A DNA stretch of 64,000 nt, taken from Myxococcales bacterium (GTDB lineage: Bacteria > Myxococcota_A > UBA9042 > JABWCM01 > BTVJ01). The translations under genes were made by a program, and so were the position numbers. Of this stretch, positions 38,901-48,700 are shown piece after piece. The notes beneath the pieces are model-generated. The model was not told the DNA's origin and did no database searches. It saw only the letters and a list, made by a program, of their open reading frames with translations. Numbering within the stretch: position 1 is the first letter of the stretch; each line of letters starts with the position of its first letter. The stretch lies in NCBI GenBank assembly GCA_045863395.1, contig BTVJ01000043.1, positions 1-64,000 on the forward strand, in the 5' to 3' direction.

Positions 38901-41900
38901 ACGGCAACGCCTGTACGGTGGACGACTGCGCCCTGCCTGGCGGCTGCTTCCATGGCGCCGGAGACTGTGACGACGGCGACCCGTGCACCGTAGACGTCTG
39001 CAACCCCCAGAGCGGCTGCGAGCACTCGCCCCTGACGTGTGACGACGGCGAGCCCTGCACCCTCGACGTGTGCCACGCGCCGGCCGGCGGGTGCATCGCC
39101 ATCCCGGACCCGTGCGACGACGCCGACGCGTGTACGGCGGACTCCTGTACGCTCGGGGTGGGCTGCGTCCACGCCTCCAAGACCTGCGAGGACGGCGACC
39201 TCTGCACCCTGGACGGGTGCGACCCCGCGAGCGGGCTCTGCACCTTCGACACCAAGGGGTGCGACGACGGCAGCGCGTGCACGGTGGACACCTGCGACGC
39301 TGCCGACGGCGCATGTACCCACGCCGAGGTGGACTGCGAGGACGGCAACCCCTGCACCGACAACCCGTGCGCCCCGGTGACGGGCTGCGGGTCCGTCGCG
39401 GCGGCCTGCGACGACGGGAACGCCTGCACGGCGGACGGCTGCGCCCTGCCCGACGGCTGCTTCCACGGGCCCGGAGACTGCGACGACGGCGACCCGTGCA
39501 CCGTCGATGTGTGCGACCCGCAGAGCGGCTGCCAGCACGCTCCGCTGGACTGCGACGACGGCGAGCCGTGCACGGTGAGCTTCTGCCACGCTCCGGCGGG
39601 CGGGTGCGTCACCCAGCCCAACGCCTGCGACGACGGCGACGCCTGCACGGCGGACTCGTGCGCTCCCGGGAGCGGCTGCGTCCACGCCTCCAAGACCTGC
39701 CAGGACGGCGACCTCTGCACGACGGACGGGTGCGACCCCGAGTCGGGCCAGTGCACGTTCGCCACGGTGAGCTGCGACGACGCCAGCCCTTGCACGACGG
39801 ACGGCTGCGACCCGCTCGATGGTGCCTGCGCCCACGTCGCCATCGACTGCGAGGACGGCAACCCCTGCACCGACAACCCCTGCGCGCAGGCGACGGGCTG
39901 CTCGTCCGTCCCCGCGGCGTGCGACGACGGGAACCCGTGCACCGCGGACGGCTGCGCCCTGCCCGGCGGCTGCTTCCACGGCCCGGCGGACTGCGACGAC
40001 TCGGACCCCTGCACCGTGGACCAGTGCACGGCGACCGGCTGCCAGCACCTGCCCCTCGCGTGCAACGACGGCGACGCCTGCACGGTCGACCTCTGCTCCA
40101 CCGCGGCAGGCGGCTGCACGACCGCCCCCCTCGACTGCGACGACGGCGACGCCTGCACGGTGGACGGGTGCCAGGCGGCCACCGGGTGCACCCACGGAGC
40201 CAGGCCGTGCAGCGACGGAGACCCCTGTACCCTGGACTCCTGCGACCCGGCGTCGGGCATCTGCCTCTTCGACCAGGTGAGCTGCGACGACGGGAACACC
40301 TGCACGACGGACGCCTGCGACCCGGCCGACGGCGTCTGCCAGCACGGGGGCGTGGACTGCGAGGACGGCAACCCCTGCACCGACAACCCGTGCCACCCCA
40401 TCAGCGGCTGTGGGTCCACACCTGCCGCCTGCGACGACGGCAACCCATGCACGGCCGACGGCTGCGCCCTGCCCGGGGGCTGCTTCCACGGGTCGAGCGG
40501 CTGCGACGACGGCAACCCGTGCACCGTCGACGTGTGCAACCTGGCGAGCGGCTGCCAGCACTCTCCGCTCGCCTGCGACGACGGGGACCCCTGCACGCTC
40601 GACGTCTGCCACGCGCCCTCCGGCGGGTGCGTGAGCCTCCCGGACCCCTGCGACGACGGCGACGCCTGCACGGCGGACTCCTGCACCGCGGGGGTCGGCT
40701 GCGCCCACGCGGCCAAGACCTGCGAGGACGGCGACCTCTGCACCCTGGACGGCTGCGACCCGGCGAGCGGGACCTGTATCTTCGACACGCTGGGCTGCGA
40801 CGACGGCGACGCCTGCACCGCGGACGCCTGCGCCCCAGAGAGCGGAGCCTGCACCCACGCCGCCGTGGACTGCGAGGACGGCAACCCGTGCACGGACAAC
40901 CCCTGCGCCCCCTTGACGGGGTGCGGCTCCGTGCCCGCGAGCTGCGACGACGGCAACGCCTGCACGACGGACGGCTGTGCCTTGCCCGGCGGCTGCTTCC
41001 ACGGCTCCGCCGGCTGCGACGACGGCGACCCGTGTACGGTGGACGTGTGCAACCCCCAGAGCGGCTGCGAGCACGCCCCCCTCGACTGCGATGACGGCGA
41101 GCCTTGCACAGTGAACTTCTGTCATGCGGCAGCCGGCGGTTGCGTCGCACAGGCCAACCCATGCGACGACGGCGACGCCTGTACGACGGACTCCTGCACC
41201 CCCGGGAGCGGCTGTGCCCACGCCGCGAAGTCCTGCCAGGACGGCGACCCCTGCACGTTGGACGGCTGCGACGCGGCGAGCGGGCTCTGCACCTTCGACA
41301 CGGTGAGCTGCGACGACGGCAGCGCCTGCACCACGGACGCCTGCGACCCGGCCGACGGCGCCTGCGCCTTTGCTCCCATCGACTGCGAGGACGGCAACCC
41401 GTGCACGGACAACCCGTGCGCGCCGCTCTCCGGCTGCTCGTCGGTCCCCGCGGCGTGCGACGACGGCAACGCCTGCACCACAGACGGCTGCGCCCTGCCC
41501 GGAGGGTGCTTCCACGGCCCGGCGACCTGCGACGACGGGAACCCGTGCACCGTGGACGTGTGCGACCCGCAGAGCGGCTGCCAGCACTCGCCGCTGCCCT
41601 GCGACGACGGCAACGCGTGTACGGTGGACTTCTGCAACGCGGCGGCGGGGGGCTGCGCGACCACGCCGCTCGACTGCGACGACGGCGACGCCTGCACGAC
41701 GGACACGTGCCAGGCGGCCAGCGGCTGTACACATGCCGCCAAGCCCTGCAGCGACGGGGACCCCTGTACCCTGGACGCCTGCGACCCGGCGTCGGGGCTG
41801 TGCACCGTCGACACCGTGAGCTGTGAGGACGGCAACGCCTGCACCGTGGACGCCTGCGAGCCCTTGGACGGAGTGTGCAGCCACGCGCCGGTCGACTGCG

Positions 41901-44830
41901 AGGACGGCAACCCCTGCACGGACAACCCCTGCGCGCCGCTGTCCGGGTGCAGCTCCATGCCGGCGAGCTGCGACGACGGAAACGCCTGCACGACGGACGG
42001 CTGCGCTCTGCCCGGTGGGTGCTTCCATGGGTCCGCGGCATGCGACGACGGCAACCCGTGCACCGTGGACACGTGCAACCCGGCTATCGGGTGCTCCCAC
42101 GCGCCCAAGCCCTGCTCCGACGGTGACCCCTGCACGGACGACGCGTGCAACGCCTCCACAGGCGTGTGTACGCACGTCGCAGCCTCCTGCGACGACGACG
42201 ACGCCTGCACGGCGGACGCCTGCAACCCGGCGACGGGGTGCACGCACGTCGCCACCTCCTGCGCGGACGGGGACCCGTGCACCGTCGACACCTGCTTCCC
42301 GGGCACCGGCGAGTGCCTGCACTCGGAGGACGCCTGCGACGACTCCAACCCGTGCACCATCGATCTGTGCGACCCGGTGAGCGGGGCGTGCTCGTCCGCG
42401 GGGTCGCCCTGCGACGACGGCAACGCCTGCACCGTCAATGGCTGCCACCCGGTGACCGGGTGCTCCACGACGCCCACGAGCTGCGACGACGGCAACGCCT
42501 GCACCGCCGATGCGTGCAACCCGGCGACGGGCTGTCAGCACACGCCAACCGTGTGCAATGACGGCGACGGCTGCACGGTGGACTCATGCTCCCCCGCCAC
42601 GGGCTGCGTCTTCGCTCCGAAGAGCTGCGACGACGGCAACGCCTGCACCGACGACGCCTGCACCGCGGGTGCCTGCACCCACACGCCCAGCGACTGCAAC
42701 GACCAGGACACCTGCACCCAGGACTCCTGCAACCCGGCCTCGGGCTGCATCCACACGGCGACGGTCTGCCCCGGCGCGGGCTGCGCCCAGGGCGTGTGCA
42801 TCTCGGGCCTCGGGTGCCAGGCGCCGGTCCTGCCGTGCGACGATGGGGACGCCTGCACCGCGGACGCGTGCGTGGGCTCGCAGTGCCAGCACACCCTGAA
42901 GGACTGCGCGGACGGCGACGTGTGCACCACCGATCTGTGCGACAAGGCCACGGGCGCTTGCGTGTACGACATCGAGATCTGCCCGGACGCGGGTTGCATG
43001 GTGGGCCTGTGCATCGGGCCCACCCAGGGGTGCACCCTCGTGCCGAAGGTCTGCCCCGGCGGGCCCTGCGCCATCGGCTCGTGTCAGGCTGGACAGTGTG
43101 TGCAGACCCCGGTCACCTGCAACGATGGGAACCCGTGCACCGCCGACGCGTGCGTCCCCGGCGCGGGCTGCGTGTTCACGCCCATCGCGGGGTGCTCGTC
43201 GTGCACGTCGGTGGCCGACTGCCCCGTCTGGGGCAATTGCATCGCGGCGGCGTGCTTGCCCGCCCCCATCGGGTGCAGCTACACGGTGCTTCCGTGCGAT
43301 TCGGGCGACCCGTGCGTCGCGGGGCTGTGCGGTGCGGGCGGCAACTGCGAGTACGAGAGCATCGACTGCGACGACGGCGACCCGTGCACCGACGACGCCT
43401 GCGACGCCGGCGGGCAGTGCGTCTCCGCCCCGAAGAGCTGCGACGACGGAGACCCCTGCTCCAAGGACCAGTGCTCCGGCGGGACCTGCGTCCACATCGG
43501 AGGCGCGTACTGCCACGCCTGCACGACGGCGGCCCAGTGCGACGACGAGGACGCCTGCACCGACAACCTGTGTGTGGGAGGCCAGTGCGCCTACGCGCCG
43601 GTGTCGTGCGACGACGGCGACCCGTGCACCACGGACCAGTGCAGCGGCGGGCAGTGCCTCCATGGGCCATCGCCGTGGTGTACGCCCTGCAGCGTGTCCA
43701 GCCAGTGCGAGGATCAGAACCCCTGCACCGACAACCTGTGCGTGGGCGGCACGTGCACGTTCCCGCCCAAGAGCTGCGACGATGGGGACCCGTGCACGGT
43801 GGACTCGTGCGCCTTCGGGACCTGCGTGCATGTGCCCGCCTCGCAGTGCGCGCCATGCACCACCGCGGCGCAGTGCACCCTCGCCCAGCCATGCACCATC
43901 GCGGCATGTGAAGGCGGCTTCTGCGCGTATCACCCAAAGGACTGCGACGACGGCAACCCCTGCACCACCGATCTCTGCGGCCCCGGCGGGGTCTGCTCGA
44001 ACACGCCCGTCCCCGGCTGCACCCCGTGCGCGACGGCAGCTCAGTGCAACGACGGCAGCGGATGCACCGTGGACGTGTGCGCCAACGGGGTGTGCTCCAA
44101 CGTGGTGAGCTGCGACGACGGTGACCCCTGCACGGCGGACAACTGCAGCCCGGTGACGGGACAGTGCGTCCACCCGGCCGTGCCAGGGTGCATCCCTTGC
44201 GCGACGGCGGCCCAGTGCAACGACGGCAACCCGTGCACGGAGGGCGTGTGCACCGGCGGTCAGTGCGCGTTCGTGCCGACCAACTGCGGCGGGGACGTGT
44301 GCCACACGACGTATTGCGACCCGGCGCTCGGGTGCCAGAGCGTCCCGCGCGACTGCGGCGACGGTGACCCCTGTACGACGGATGGCTGCAACCCCACCAC
44401 CGGGGCTTGCACCCACGCCGCGGTGCCCGGCTGCACGGGCTGCTCGAGCGCGGCCAACTGCAAGGACGCCGACCCATGCACGGTGGATGGCTGCACCGCC
44501 GGCCAGTGCACCTACACGGCAGTGACGTGCGAGGCGGACGGTGACCCCTGCTCCGTGTCCGCGTGCGTCGCCGGTCAGGGGTGCCAGAAGGGTCCGAAGT
44601 GCGACGACGGGGACGCCTGCACCGAGGACCAGTGCGCCCTGCCCTCTGGAGCGTGCTCCCACCAGGCCGTGGTGTGCGGCGACGACCCGCTGTGCGTCCT
44701 GGCGTCGTGCTCCCCCGCGCTCGGCTGTCTGCTCACGCCCCTGTGCGACGACGCCGACCCATGCACGGTGGACCTGTGCGACTCGGGGACTGGCCAGTGC
44801 TTCAACGTGGTGAAGCCAGGGTGCCCGTGA
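35939..44830 (+). CDS. Giant (~2960 aa) Cys-rich repeat lipoprotein with slime-mould-repeat-like units
   Basis: Lipobox-like AVGAC, D/S-rich linker, then roughly 100+ units of 23-25 aa (CDDG[DN]xCTxDxCxPxxGCxxxxx) up to the stop; no other domain seen. Confidence 0.88.
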   Translation: MSRSVAGPRGPNQRPGGQWLVLTIALAVGACADVSPPGFSGLPAKDAGAESDSVEDVGPADTSGIDAEDAAWIDSADQYGGDKGDTSGDSVDGATDSGGFEDTADSGPDVGADADSGPQDVPDASLVECLGDGDCNDFDPCTTDECDAGVCSHTQLPCDDGDPCTLNQCGPGGCLHPPKPCSDGDPCTDDGCEAGTCTHAPADCDDGDACTDDGCGPQGCTHSPATCTDGDPCTVDVCAAGACTSTPTDCDDGNPCTTDTCGVNGCQNLATACDDGDPCTVDGCTPGGACSWSAVACDDDNPCTADACVGGACLSEPAPCDDGDACTLDTCVPGAGCLGFPVLCDDGDACTDDLCDPATGCTTAASVCDDGDPCTADGCDPAVGCGHLPKTCTGNACLESACDPVTGGCATTPVSCDDGDPCTNDACDPTSGCEHGAVVCQGTACTNVACDPETGGCLSAPVDCGPSGDCIVSACDPASGCVSALEECGDGDPCTWDACTPGAGCVHVAIPDCEGCSVSSQCSDGDACTDETCAAGVCASAAVSCDDGDGCTVDACSAVLGCSNTAILCGDGDPCTTDACDPTAGACVYTEVSCDDGDPCTSNGCNGVSGLCVSAPALCDDGDPCTADACNPATGGCVSSAKPCDDGDGCTVDTCSPLTGACQYKAIACNDGDVCTADSCDPSSGTCANVPTLCDDGEPCTLDVCNAITGACLTAPNDCDDDDACTSDSCTPGVGCAHATKTCDDGDACTANACDPLTGQCSFESAACDDGDACTTDSCSPTSGDCSHAPIDCEDGNPCTDNPCAKETGCGSVSAACDDDNACTVDGCEIPGGCFHGSGDCADGDPCTTDTCDPSTGCLHVPVDCGDGEPCTDDHCHATTGVCASVPTDCDDGNPCTEETCVQGAGCTYSPKPCSDGDLCTLDGCDPVTGACQFAPISCDDGTSCTTDACDAGTCVNDPVDCEDGNPCTDNPCDASAGCGSAPATCGDGNACTVDDCALPGGCFHGAGDCDDGDPCTVDVCNPQSGCEHSPLTCDDGEPCTLDVCHAPAGGCIAIPDPCDDADACTADSCTLGVGCVHASKTCEDGDLCTLDGCDPASGLCTFDTKGCDDGSACTVDTCDAADGACTHAEVDCEDGNPCTDNPCAPVTGCGSVAAACDDGNACTADGCALPDGCFHGPGDCDDGDPCTVDVCDPQSGCQHAPLDCDDGEPCTVSFCHAPAGGCVTQPNACDDGDACTADSCAPGSGCVHASKTCQDGDLCTTDGCDPESGQCTFATVSCDDASPCTTDGCDPLDGACAHVAIDCEDGNPCTDNPCAQATGCSSVPAACDDGNPCTADGCALPGGCFHGPADCDDSDPCTVDQCTATGCQHLPLACNDGDACTVDLCSTAAGGCTTAPLDCDDGDACTVDGCQAATGCTHGARPCSDGDPCTLDSCDPASGICLFDQVSCDDGNTCTTDACDPADGVCQHGGVDCEDGNPCTDNPCHPISGCGSTPAACDDGNPCTADGCALPGGCFHGSSGCDDGNPCTVDVCNLASGCQHSPLACDDGDPCTLDVCHAPSGGCVSLPDPCDDGDACTADSCTAGVGCAHAAKTCEDGDLCTLDGCDPASGTCIFDTLGCDDGDACTADACAPESGACTHAAVDCEDGNPCTDNPCAPLTGCGSVPASCDDGNACTTDGCALPGGCFHGSAGCDDGDPCTVDVCNPQSGCEHAPLDCDDGEPCTVNFCHAAAGGCVAQANPCDDGDACTTDSCTPGSGCAHAAKSCQDGDPCTLDGCDAASGLCTFDTVSCDDGSACTTDACDPADGACAFAPIDCEDGNPCTDNPCAPLSGCSSVPAACDDGNACTTDGCALPGGCFHGPATCDDGNPCTVDVCDPQSGCQHSPLPCDDGNACTVDFCNAAAGGCATTPLDCDDGDACTTDTCQAASGCTHAAKPCSDGDPCTLDACDPASGLCTVDTVSCEDGNACTVDACEPLDGVCSHAPVDCEDGNPCTDNPCAPLSGCSSMPASCDDGNACTTDGCALPGGCFHGSAACDDGNPCTVDTCNPAIGCSHAPKPCSDGDPCTDDACNASTGVCTHVAASCDDDDACTADACNPATGCTHVATSCADGDPCTVDTCFPGTGECLHSEDACDDSNPCTIDLCDPVSGACSSAGSPCDDGNACTVNGCHPVTGCSTTPTSCDDGNACTADACNPATGCQHTPTVCNDGDGCTVDSCSPATGCVFAPKSCDDGNACTDDACTAGACTHTPSDCNDQDTCTQDSCNPASGCIHTATVCPGAGCAQGVCISGLGCQAPVLPCDDGDACTADACVGSQCQHTLKDCADGDVCTTDLCDKATGACVYDIEICPDAGCMVGLCIGPTQGCTLVPKVCPGGPCAIGSCQAGQCVQTPVTCNDGNPCTADACVPGAGCVFTPIAGCSSCTSVADCPVWGNCIAAACLPAPIGCSYTVLPCDSGDPCVAGLCGAGGNCEYESIDCDDGDPCTDDACDAGGQCVSAPKSCDDGDPCSKDQCSGGTCVHIGGAYCHACTTAAQCDDEDACTDNLCVGGQCAYAPVSCDDGDPCTTDQCSGGQCLHGPSPWCTPCSVSSQCEDQNPCTDNLCVGGTCTFPPKSCDDGDPCTVDSCAFGTCVHVPASQCAPCTTAAQCTLAQPCTIAACEGGFCAYHPKDCDDGNPCTTDLCGPGGVCSNTPVPGCTPCATAAQCNDGSGCTVDVCANGVCSNVVSCDDGDPCTADNCSPVTGQCVHPAVPGCIPCATAAQCNDGNPCTEGVCTGGQCAFVPTNCGGDVCHTTYCDPALGCQSVPRDCGDGDPCTTDGCNPTTGACTHAAVPGCTGCSSAANCKDADPCTVDGCTAGQCTYTAVTCEADGDPCSVSACVAGQGCQKGPKCDDGDACTEDQCALPSGACSHQAVVCGDDPLCVLASCSPALGCLLTPLCDDADPCTVDLCDSGTGQCFNVVKPGCP
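38315..42060 (+). repeat. Higher-order ~513-bp (171-aa, 7-unit) super-repeat
   Basis: Marker CEDGNPCTDNPC starts at 38315, 38822, 39335, 39848, 40358, 40871, 41384 and 41897. Confidence 0.85.
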
Positions 44831-44895
44831 CCTGCCTCGGGGCGACGGTGGGGGTGGACCAGAGGTGTTCTGCGTAGCGGAGGCTGCCCCGCAAG

Positions 44896-45855
44896 CTACG
44901 CGGGAACGACGGCGGGGATGGACCAGAGGCGCTCCACGTAGGCCCCGGGGCTCCCCGCCTTCTCTGCCCACGCGAGGGAGGCGGCCTCCCACGCCGCCAC
45001 ATCACCGACCACGTCCGGTATCTGCGACGAGTAGGACGCCAGAGCCTCCTTCACCGGGGACAGCTCCGCCGGCTGCCACGCGCGTACCTCGGCGCTGGCC
45101 ACCTGCAGTCCGTCACGGACCGCCGCCTGGAGCTGGTTTCCGTAGCGTGCCATGGCGGCGACCCGGTTGATGTTGCCGTGCAGGTAGGACTTCACGTAGC
45201 GGGCGCGGAACAGGGAGAAGAAGAACGCGGCGGTGAGCTCCCGGAGGCCCGCGGGGGCGAGGTCGGGCGCGTCGCCACGCAGGCCCAGAGCGGCCAGGCG
45301 CAGGCGCGTCGCGTGGGTCACCAGCGAGTACGGGCGGTCTTCATAGAAGCAGACGTGGGCCGCGCGAAAGTCGGCGGAGGCCACCCGGCACGCCTCGTGG
45401 GCCAGCCGGTGGTCGATGTGCTCGCCAACTCCCAGGGGAGCGACCACCGTCGTGGCGCCGGTGAGCCGGACGAGGCGGCCGATGAGCTCCGAGGCACGCC
45501 CCAGCACCCCGAGGTCCGCCGGGTCGCGGCCAAACACGATGGTGTTGAAGCTGCGGTAGGTGGAGGGCGCCCTCCCCGGAGCATCGGGGAGCCCCGCGAG
45601 CACCCCGTCGGCCCCGAAGCCATCCAGAGCGCGGGCCTCCTCGGTCCACCGGTCGCGGCACGCAGTGGAGGCCTGCTCCTGGTCTGCGCTGTCGCTGGTG
45701 AACAGGGTCAGCACCAGGGCGCGGCGCCCGGCCTTGCGGTCCGCGAGCACCGACGCCGGGCACGAGAGCGCCACGTCGTCCAGGTGGGGCGACACGTACA
45801 GGGTGTCGTAGGGGCCGGGGTCGCTCGGTACGGTCAGGTGCAGCACAGCATCCAT
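44896..45855 (-). CDS. PIG-L/LmbE family deacetylase
   Basis: YVSPHLDDVALSC, RWTEEARA, APLGVGEHIDH, FYEDRPY, YSSQI. Confidence 0.88.
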   Translation of the reverse strand: MDAVLHLTVPSDPGPYDTLYVSPHLDDVALSCPASVLADRKAGRRALVLTLFTSDSADQEQASTACRDRWTEEARALDGFGADGVLAGLPDAPGRAPSTYRSFNTIVFGRDPADLGVLGRASELIGRLVRLTGATTVVAPLGVGEHIDHRLAHEACRVASADFRAAHVCFYEDRPYSLVTHATRLRLAALGLRGDAPDLAPAGLRELTAAFFFSLFRARYVKSYLHGNINRVAAMARYGNQLQAAVRDGLQVASAEVRAWQPAELSPVKEALASYSSQIPDVVGDVAAWEAASLAWAEKAGSPGAYVERLWSIPAVVPA

Positions 45856-45910
45856 CCCTGCCCCGGCGTGTCGCGGGGCTCCCCCGTTATCTCGCCGCGG
45901 GGCCCGCCCG

Positions 45911-46654
45911 TCAACCGGAGGAGACGCCGACGTAGAGGTGGACCGCCCCAAACGAGAGGCGCTCGGCACGCACATCGGCCAGGGAGGCGTCCCGCATGAG
46001 CTGCATGAACGCGTCGGGCGGCGGAAAGGCGGCGATGGACTCCTGGAGGTAGCGGTACTCGCGCGAGCCCGAGAGCAGCGCCCCGAGCCGTGGGACGACG
46101 TGGCGGACGTGCAGGCGCGCGAGGGAGGAGAGGGCCCCGCCGCCCGGCTCACCGAGCTCCAGCACCGCGACGCGGCCGCCCGGGCGGGTCACCCGCGCCA
46201 TCTCTCGCAGCGCGGCGAGACGGTCAGGCACGTTGCGGATGCCAAAGGCGATGCACGCCGCGTCGAACGTGGAATCGGCAAAGGGGAGCGCCTGGGCGTC
46301 GCCCACGACGAGCGTGATGGCGTCCTCGCGACCCGCCCGCCGCACCTTGTCGGCGCCCACCGCGAGCATGGCGGCGCTCGGGTCGAGCCCCGTGACCCGC
46401 GCGCTGGCGTGCAGCGCGATGATGCGGAGCGCCACGTCGGCGGTCCCCGACGCGACGTCCAGGACGCGGGCGTCGGGTGGCAGGTCCAGGGCCCGCACGA
46501 GGCGCGTCCTCCAGCGCCGGTCGAGGCCCAGGCTCATCACGCGGTTCAGGAGGTCGTACCGGGCGGCGATGCGGTCGAACATGGCCCCGCTGCCTCCGCG
46601 GGGCACCAGGCCGCCTTGGTGCGCGTCGTCTCTGGGGGGCGTCGGGTGGGTCAT
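45911..46654 (-). CDS. menG: Demethylmenaquinone methyltransferase (UbiE/MenG)
   Basis: MFDRIAARYDLLNRVMSLG, VLDVASGTAD, GDAQALPF, FGIRNV, EYRYLQESI. Confidence 0.92.
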   Translation of the reverse strand: MTHPTPPRDDAHQGGLVPRGGSGAMFDRIAARYDLLNRVMSLGLDRRWRTRLVRALDLPPDARVLDVASGTADVALRIIALHASARVTGLDPSAAMLAVGADKVRRAGREDAITLVVGDAQALPFADSTFDAACIAFGIRNVPDRLAALREMARVTRPGGRVAVLELGEPGGGALSSLARLHVRHVVPRLGALLSGSREYRYLQESIAAFPPPDAFMQLMRDASLADVRAERLSFGAVHLYVGVSSG

Positions 46655-47634
46655 GGCCACACCCCGGCGCCGGTCACGTCGCGCCCGATGGCCGCCAGCT
46701 CGTCCGGGCTCAGGGCCTGGGGCCCATCGCTCCGGGCCTCGGCGGCGCGGGGGTGGACCTCGACGAGGACCCCAGCGGCGCCGGCGGCCAGCGCGGCCCG
46801 CGCCAGGGGGCGGATCAGATCGCGGCGGCCCACCGCGTGGGAGGGGTCGACCACCACGGTCTGGCGGTGTACGTGGGCGAGGAGCGCGACCGCGCCCAGG
46901 TCGAGGAGGTTGCGGGTCGAGGGGTCTCCTCCGTGCACGCCGCGCTCGCAGAAGATGACGGCGCGGGCGCCCGCCTCGAGCAGGTGCTCCCCGGCGAGCA
47001 GCCACTCCTCGACGGTGGCCGCCATGCCGCGCTTGAGCAGGACGGGGCGCCCGGTGCGCCCCACCGCCCGCAGGAGCGCGTAGCTCTGCATGTTGCGGGA
47101 CCCAATCTGGATCAGGTCCGCCACCTCGGCGACGGCGGCGGCGTCGGCCTCGGACAGGGCCTCCGTGACGACGCCGAGCCGATGGGCGTCCGCCGCGGAC
47201 CGGAGCCACCGCAGCGCCTCGCGCCCGTGGCCGCGGAAGGAGTAAGGGGAGGTCCGCGGCTTGAACGCACCACCCCGCAGGAGGCGGGCGCCGGACGCGG
47301 CCACCAGCGCCGCCACCTCGTGGATGCCCTCCTCGGACTCCACCGCGCACGGCCCCGCCGCGAGGATCGGGGCACCGCCGAGGGTCACGGGGCCCACCTG
47401 GACCTCGCGCGCCTGGGCATCCACCAGCGGGTGGGCGCTCGGCGACGCGAGGACGTCGGCGACCCCGGGCAGGTCTCGGAGGCGCTCGGCTGGCACGGCG
47501 GCGGAGCACGGGAGCACCGCGAGTGCCGATGTGATGCCGTCCACCCCTTGGAGGGCCTGGGTCCAGAGCCCGAGCCCCTGCAGGGCGGCGGCCACGGGGG
47601 CAGGGTCGGCACCAGCTCTCAGTGTCACGATCAT
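46651..47634 (-). CDS. aroF: DAHP synthase, class I-beta
   Basis: AGPCAVES, GGAFKPRTSPYSFRG, IQIGSRNMQ, LLKRG, CERG, TRNLLDL, VDPSH, EVHP, SDGPQAL. Confidence 0.92.
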   Translation of the reverse strand: MIVTLRAGADPAPVAAALQGLGLWTQALQGVDGITSALAVLPCSAAVPAERLRDLPGVADVLASPSAHPLVDAQAREVQVGPVTLGGAPILAAGPCAVESEEGIHEVAALVAASGARLLRGGAFKPRTSPYSFRGHGREALRWLRSAADAHRLGVVTEALSEADAAAVAEVADLIQIGSRNMQSYALLRAVGRTGRPVLLKRGMAATVEEWLLAGEHLLEAGARAVIFCERGVHGGDPSTRNLLDLGAVALLAHVHRQTVVVDPSHAVGRRDLIRPLARAALAAGAAGVLVEVHPRAAEARSDGPQALSPDELAAIGRDVTGAGVWP

Positions 47635-47638
47635 GCTG

Positions 47639-48700
47639 TCACCTCACGCGGCTCGTCGCCGCCTCCAGCACCAGCTCCAGCGCCTGGCGGGGGCGCCCCG
47701 CCGGCAGCGCGTCCAGGCGAGCGCGGGCCTGCGCCGCGTGCCCGGCCGCGAAGGCGCGGGAGTCGGCGATGGCCCCGGTCGCCCTCACCCGCGCGGCGAG
47801 CTGCCCGGCCCCCACTGACGGGGGCTCCTCCACCAGCGCCCGAAGCGCGACGAGGAGCTCCGGGTCACGCTCGCACGCCAGGATGACCGGCCAGGTCAGC
47901 TTGCCCTCGCGCAGGTCGGCGAAGGGCTCCTTGCCCGTCTCCAGCGGGTCGCCCTCCAGGTCGAGCACGTCGTCGATGACCTGGAAGGCCACGCCAAGAG
48001 ACAGGCCGGCCGCCCCGAGCGCGGCGAGCGCCTGCGGGGAGAGCCCTCCGAGGGTGCCCCCCGCGTGCAGGCACCACCGGAACAGGGCCGCCGTCTTGCC
48101 CCGGATCACCTCCAGATAGGCGCGCCGATCCGGGACGAAGCGGCCCCGGCGCTCGAGCTGCTGGGCCTCCGCGGCGACCATCTCGGAGATGGCGTCGAGG
48201 AGCGCGCCCATCAGCGCCGGGCGCCCCACACCATGCACCCGCCGCAGCGCCTCCAGCAGCAGGTGGTCCCCCGCGAGGATGCTCACCTGGTTGCCGAAGA
48301 CGACCCGCGCCGCGGGAACACCCCGCCGCTCCGTGCCCTCGTCGATGACGTCGTCGTGGAGCAGCGTGGCCGCGTGGACCAGCTCGGCGGCGGTGGCCAG
48401 GGCGACCACCTCGTCGTCGAGCTCGCGGCCTCCGATGCGGGCGCCAATCACCACGCACAGGGGCCGCAGGCGCTTGCCCGGGACGGCCAGCATGTGGCCG
48501 GCGGCCCTCCAGGCCAGGTCGTCCCCGTCCATGGTGAGGGCCTGATCCAGCTCCCGCAGGTCCTCACGGAGCCACCGCTTGAGCCGCAGGAGCCGCGCCT
48601 CCAGGGGCACGAGGCTCCGGCGACGGGAGACCTGCGCCAGCTCGGTGAGCACCAGGTCGTCGTTGGACAGGGCCAGAGTTGCGCTGCTATCGTGCTGCAT
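47639..48700 (-). CDS. Polyprenyl diphosphate synthase
   Basis: GKRLRP, LLHDDVIDEG.ERRG, AGDHLL, GKTAALF, FQVIDDVLD, DLREGKLT; ATG 48700 has a GGAGG RBS. Confidence 0.92.
   Translation of the reverse strand: MQHDSSATLALSNDDLVLTELAQVSRRRSLVPLEARLLRLKRWLREDLRELDQALTMDGDDLAWRAAGHMLAVPGKRLRPLCVVIGARIGGRELDDEVVALATAAELVHAATLLHDDVIDEGTERRGVPAARVVFGNQVSILAGDHLLLEALRRVHGVGRPALMGALLDAISEMVAAEAQQLERRGRFVPDRRAYLEVIRGKTAALFRWCLHAGGTLGGLSPQALAALGAAGLSLGVAFQVIDDVLDLEGDPLETGKEPFADLREGKLTWPVILACERDPELLVALRALVEEPPSVGAGQLAARVRATGAIADSRAFAAGHAAQARARLDALPAGRPRQALELVLEAATSRVR

Noticed and set aside
31317..42541. Long alternative-frame ORFs over the repeat genes (e.g. 31317-34856 +, 38372-42541 -)
   Set aside because: By-products of repetitive GC-rich codons lacking stops in other frames.
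29480..44830. CRISPR array or diversity-generating retroelement in the repetitive region
   Set aside because: Repeats are in-frame coding units with synonymous variation; no unique spacers, cas genes or reverse transcriptase.
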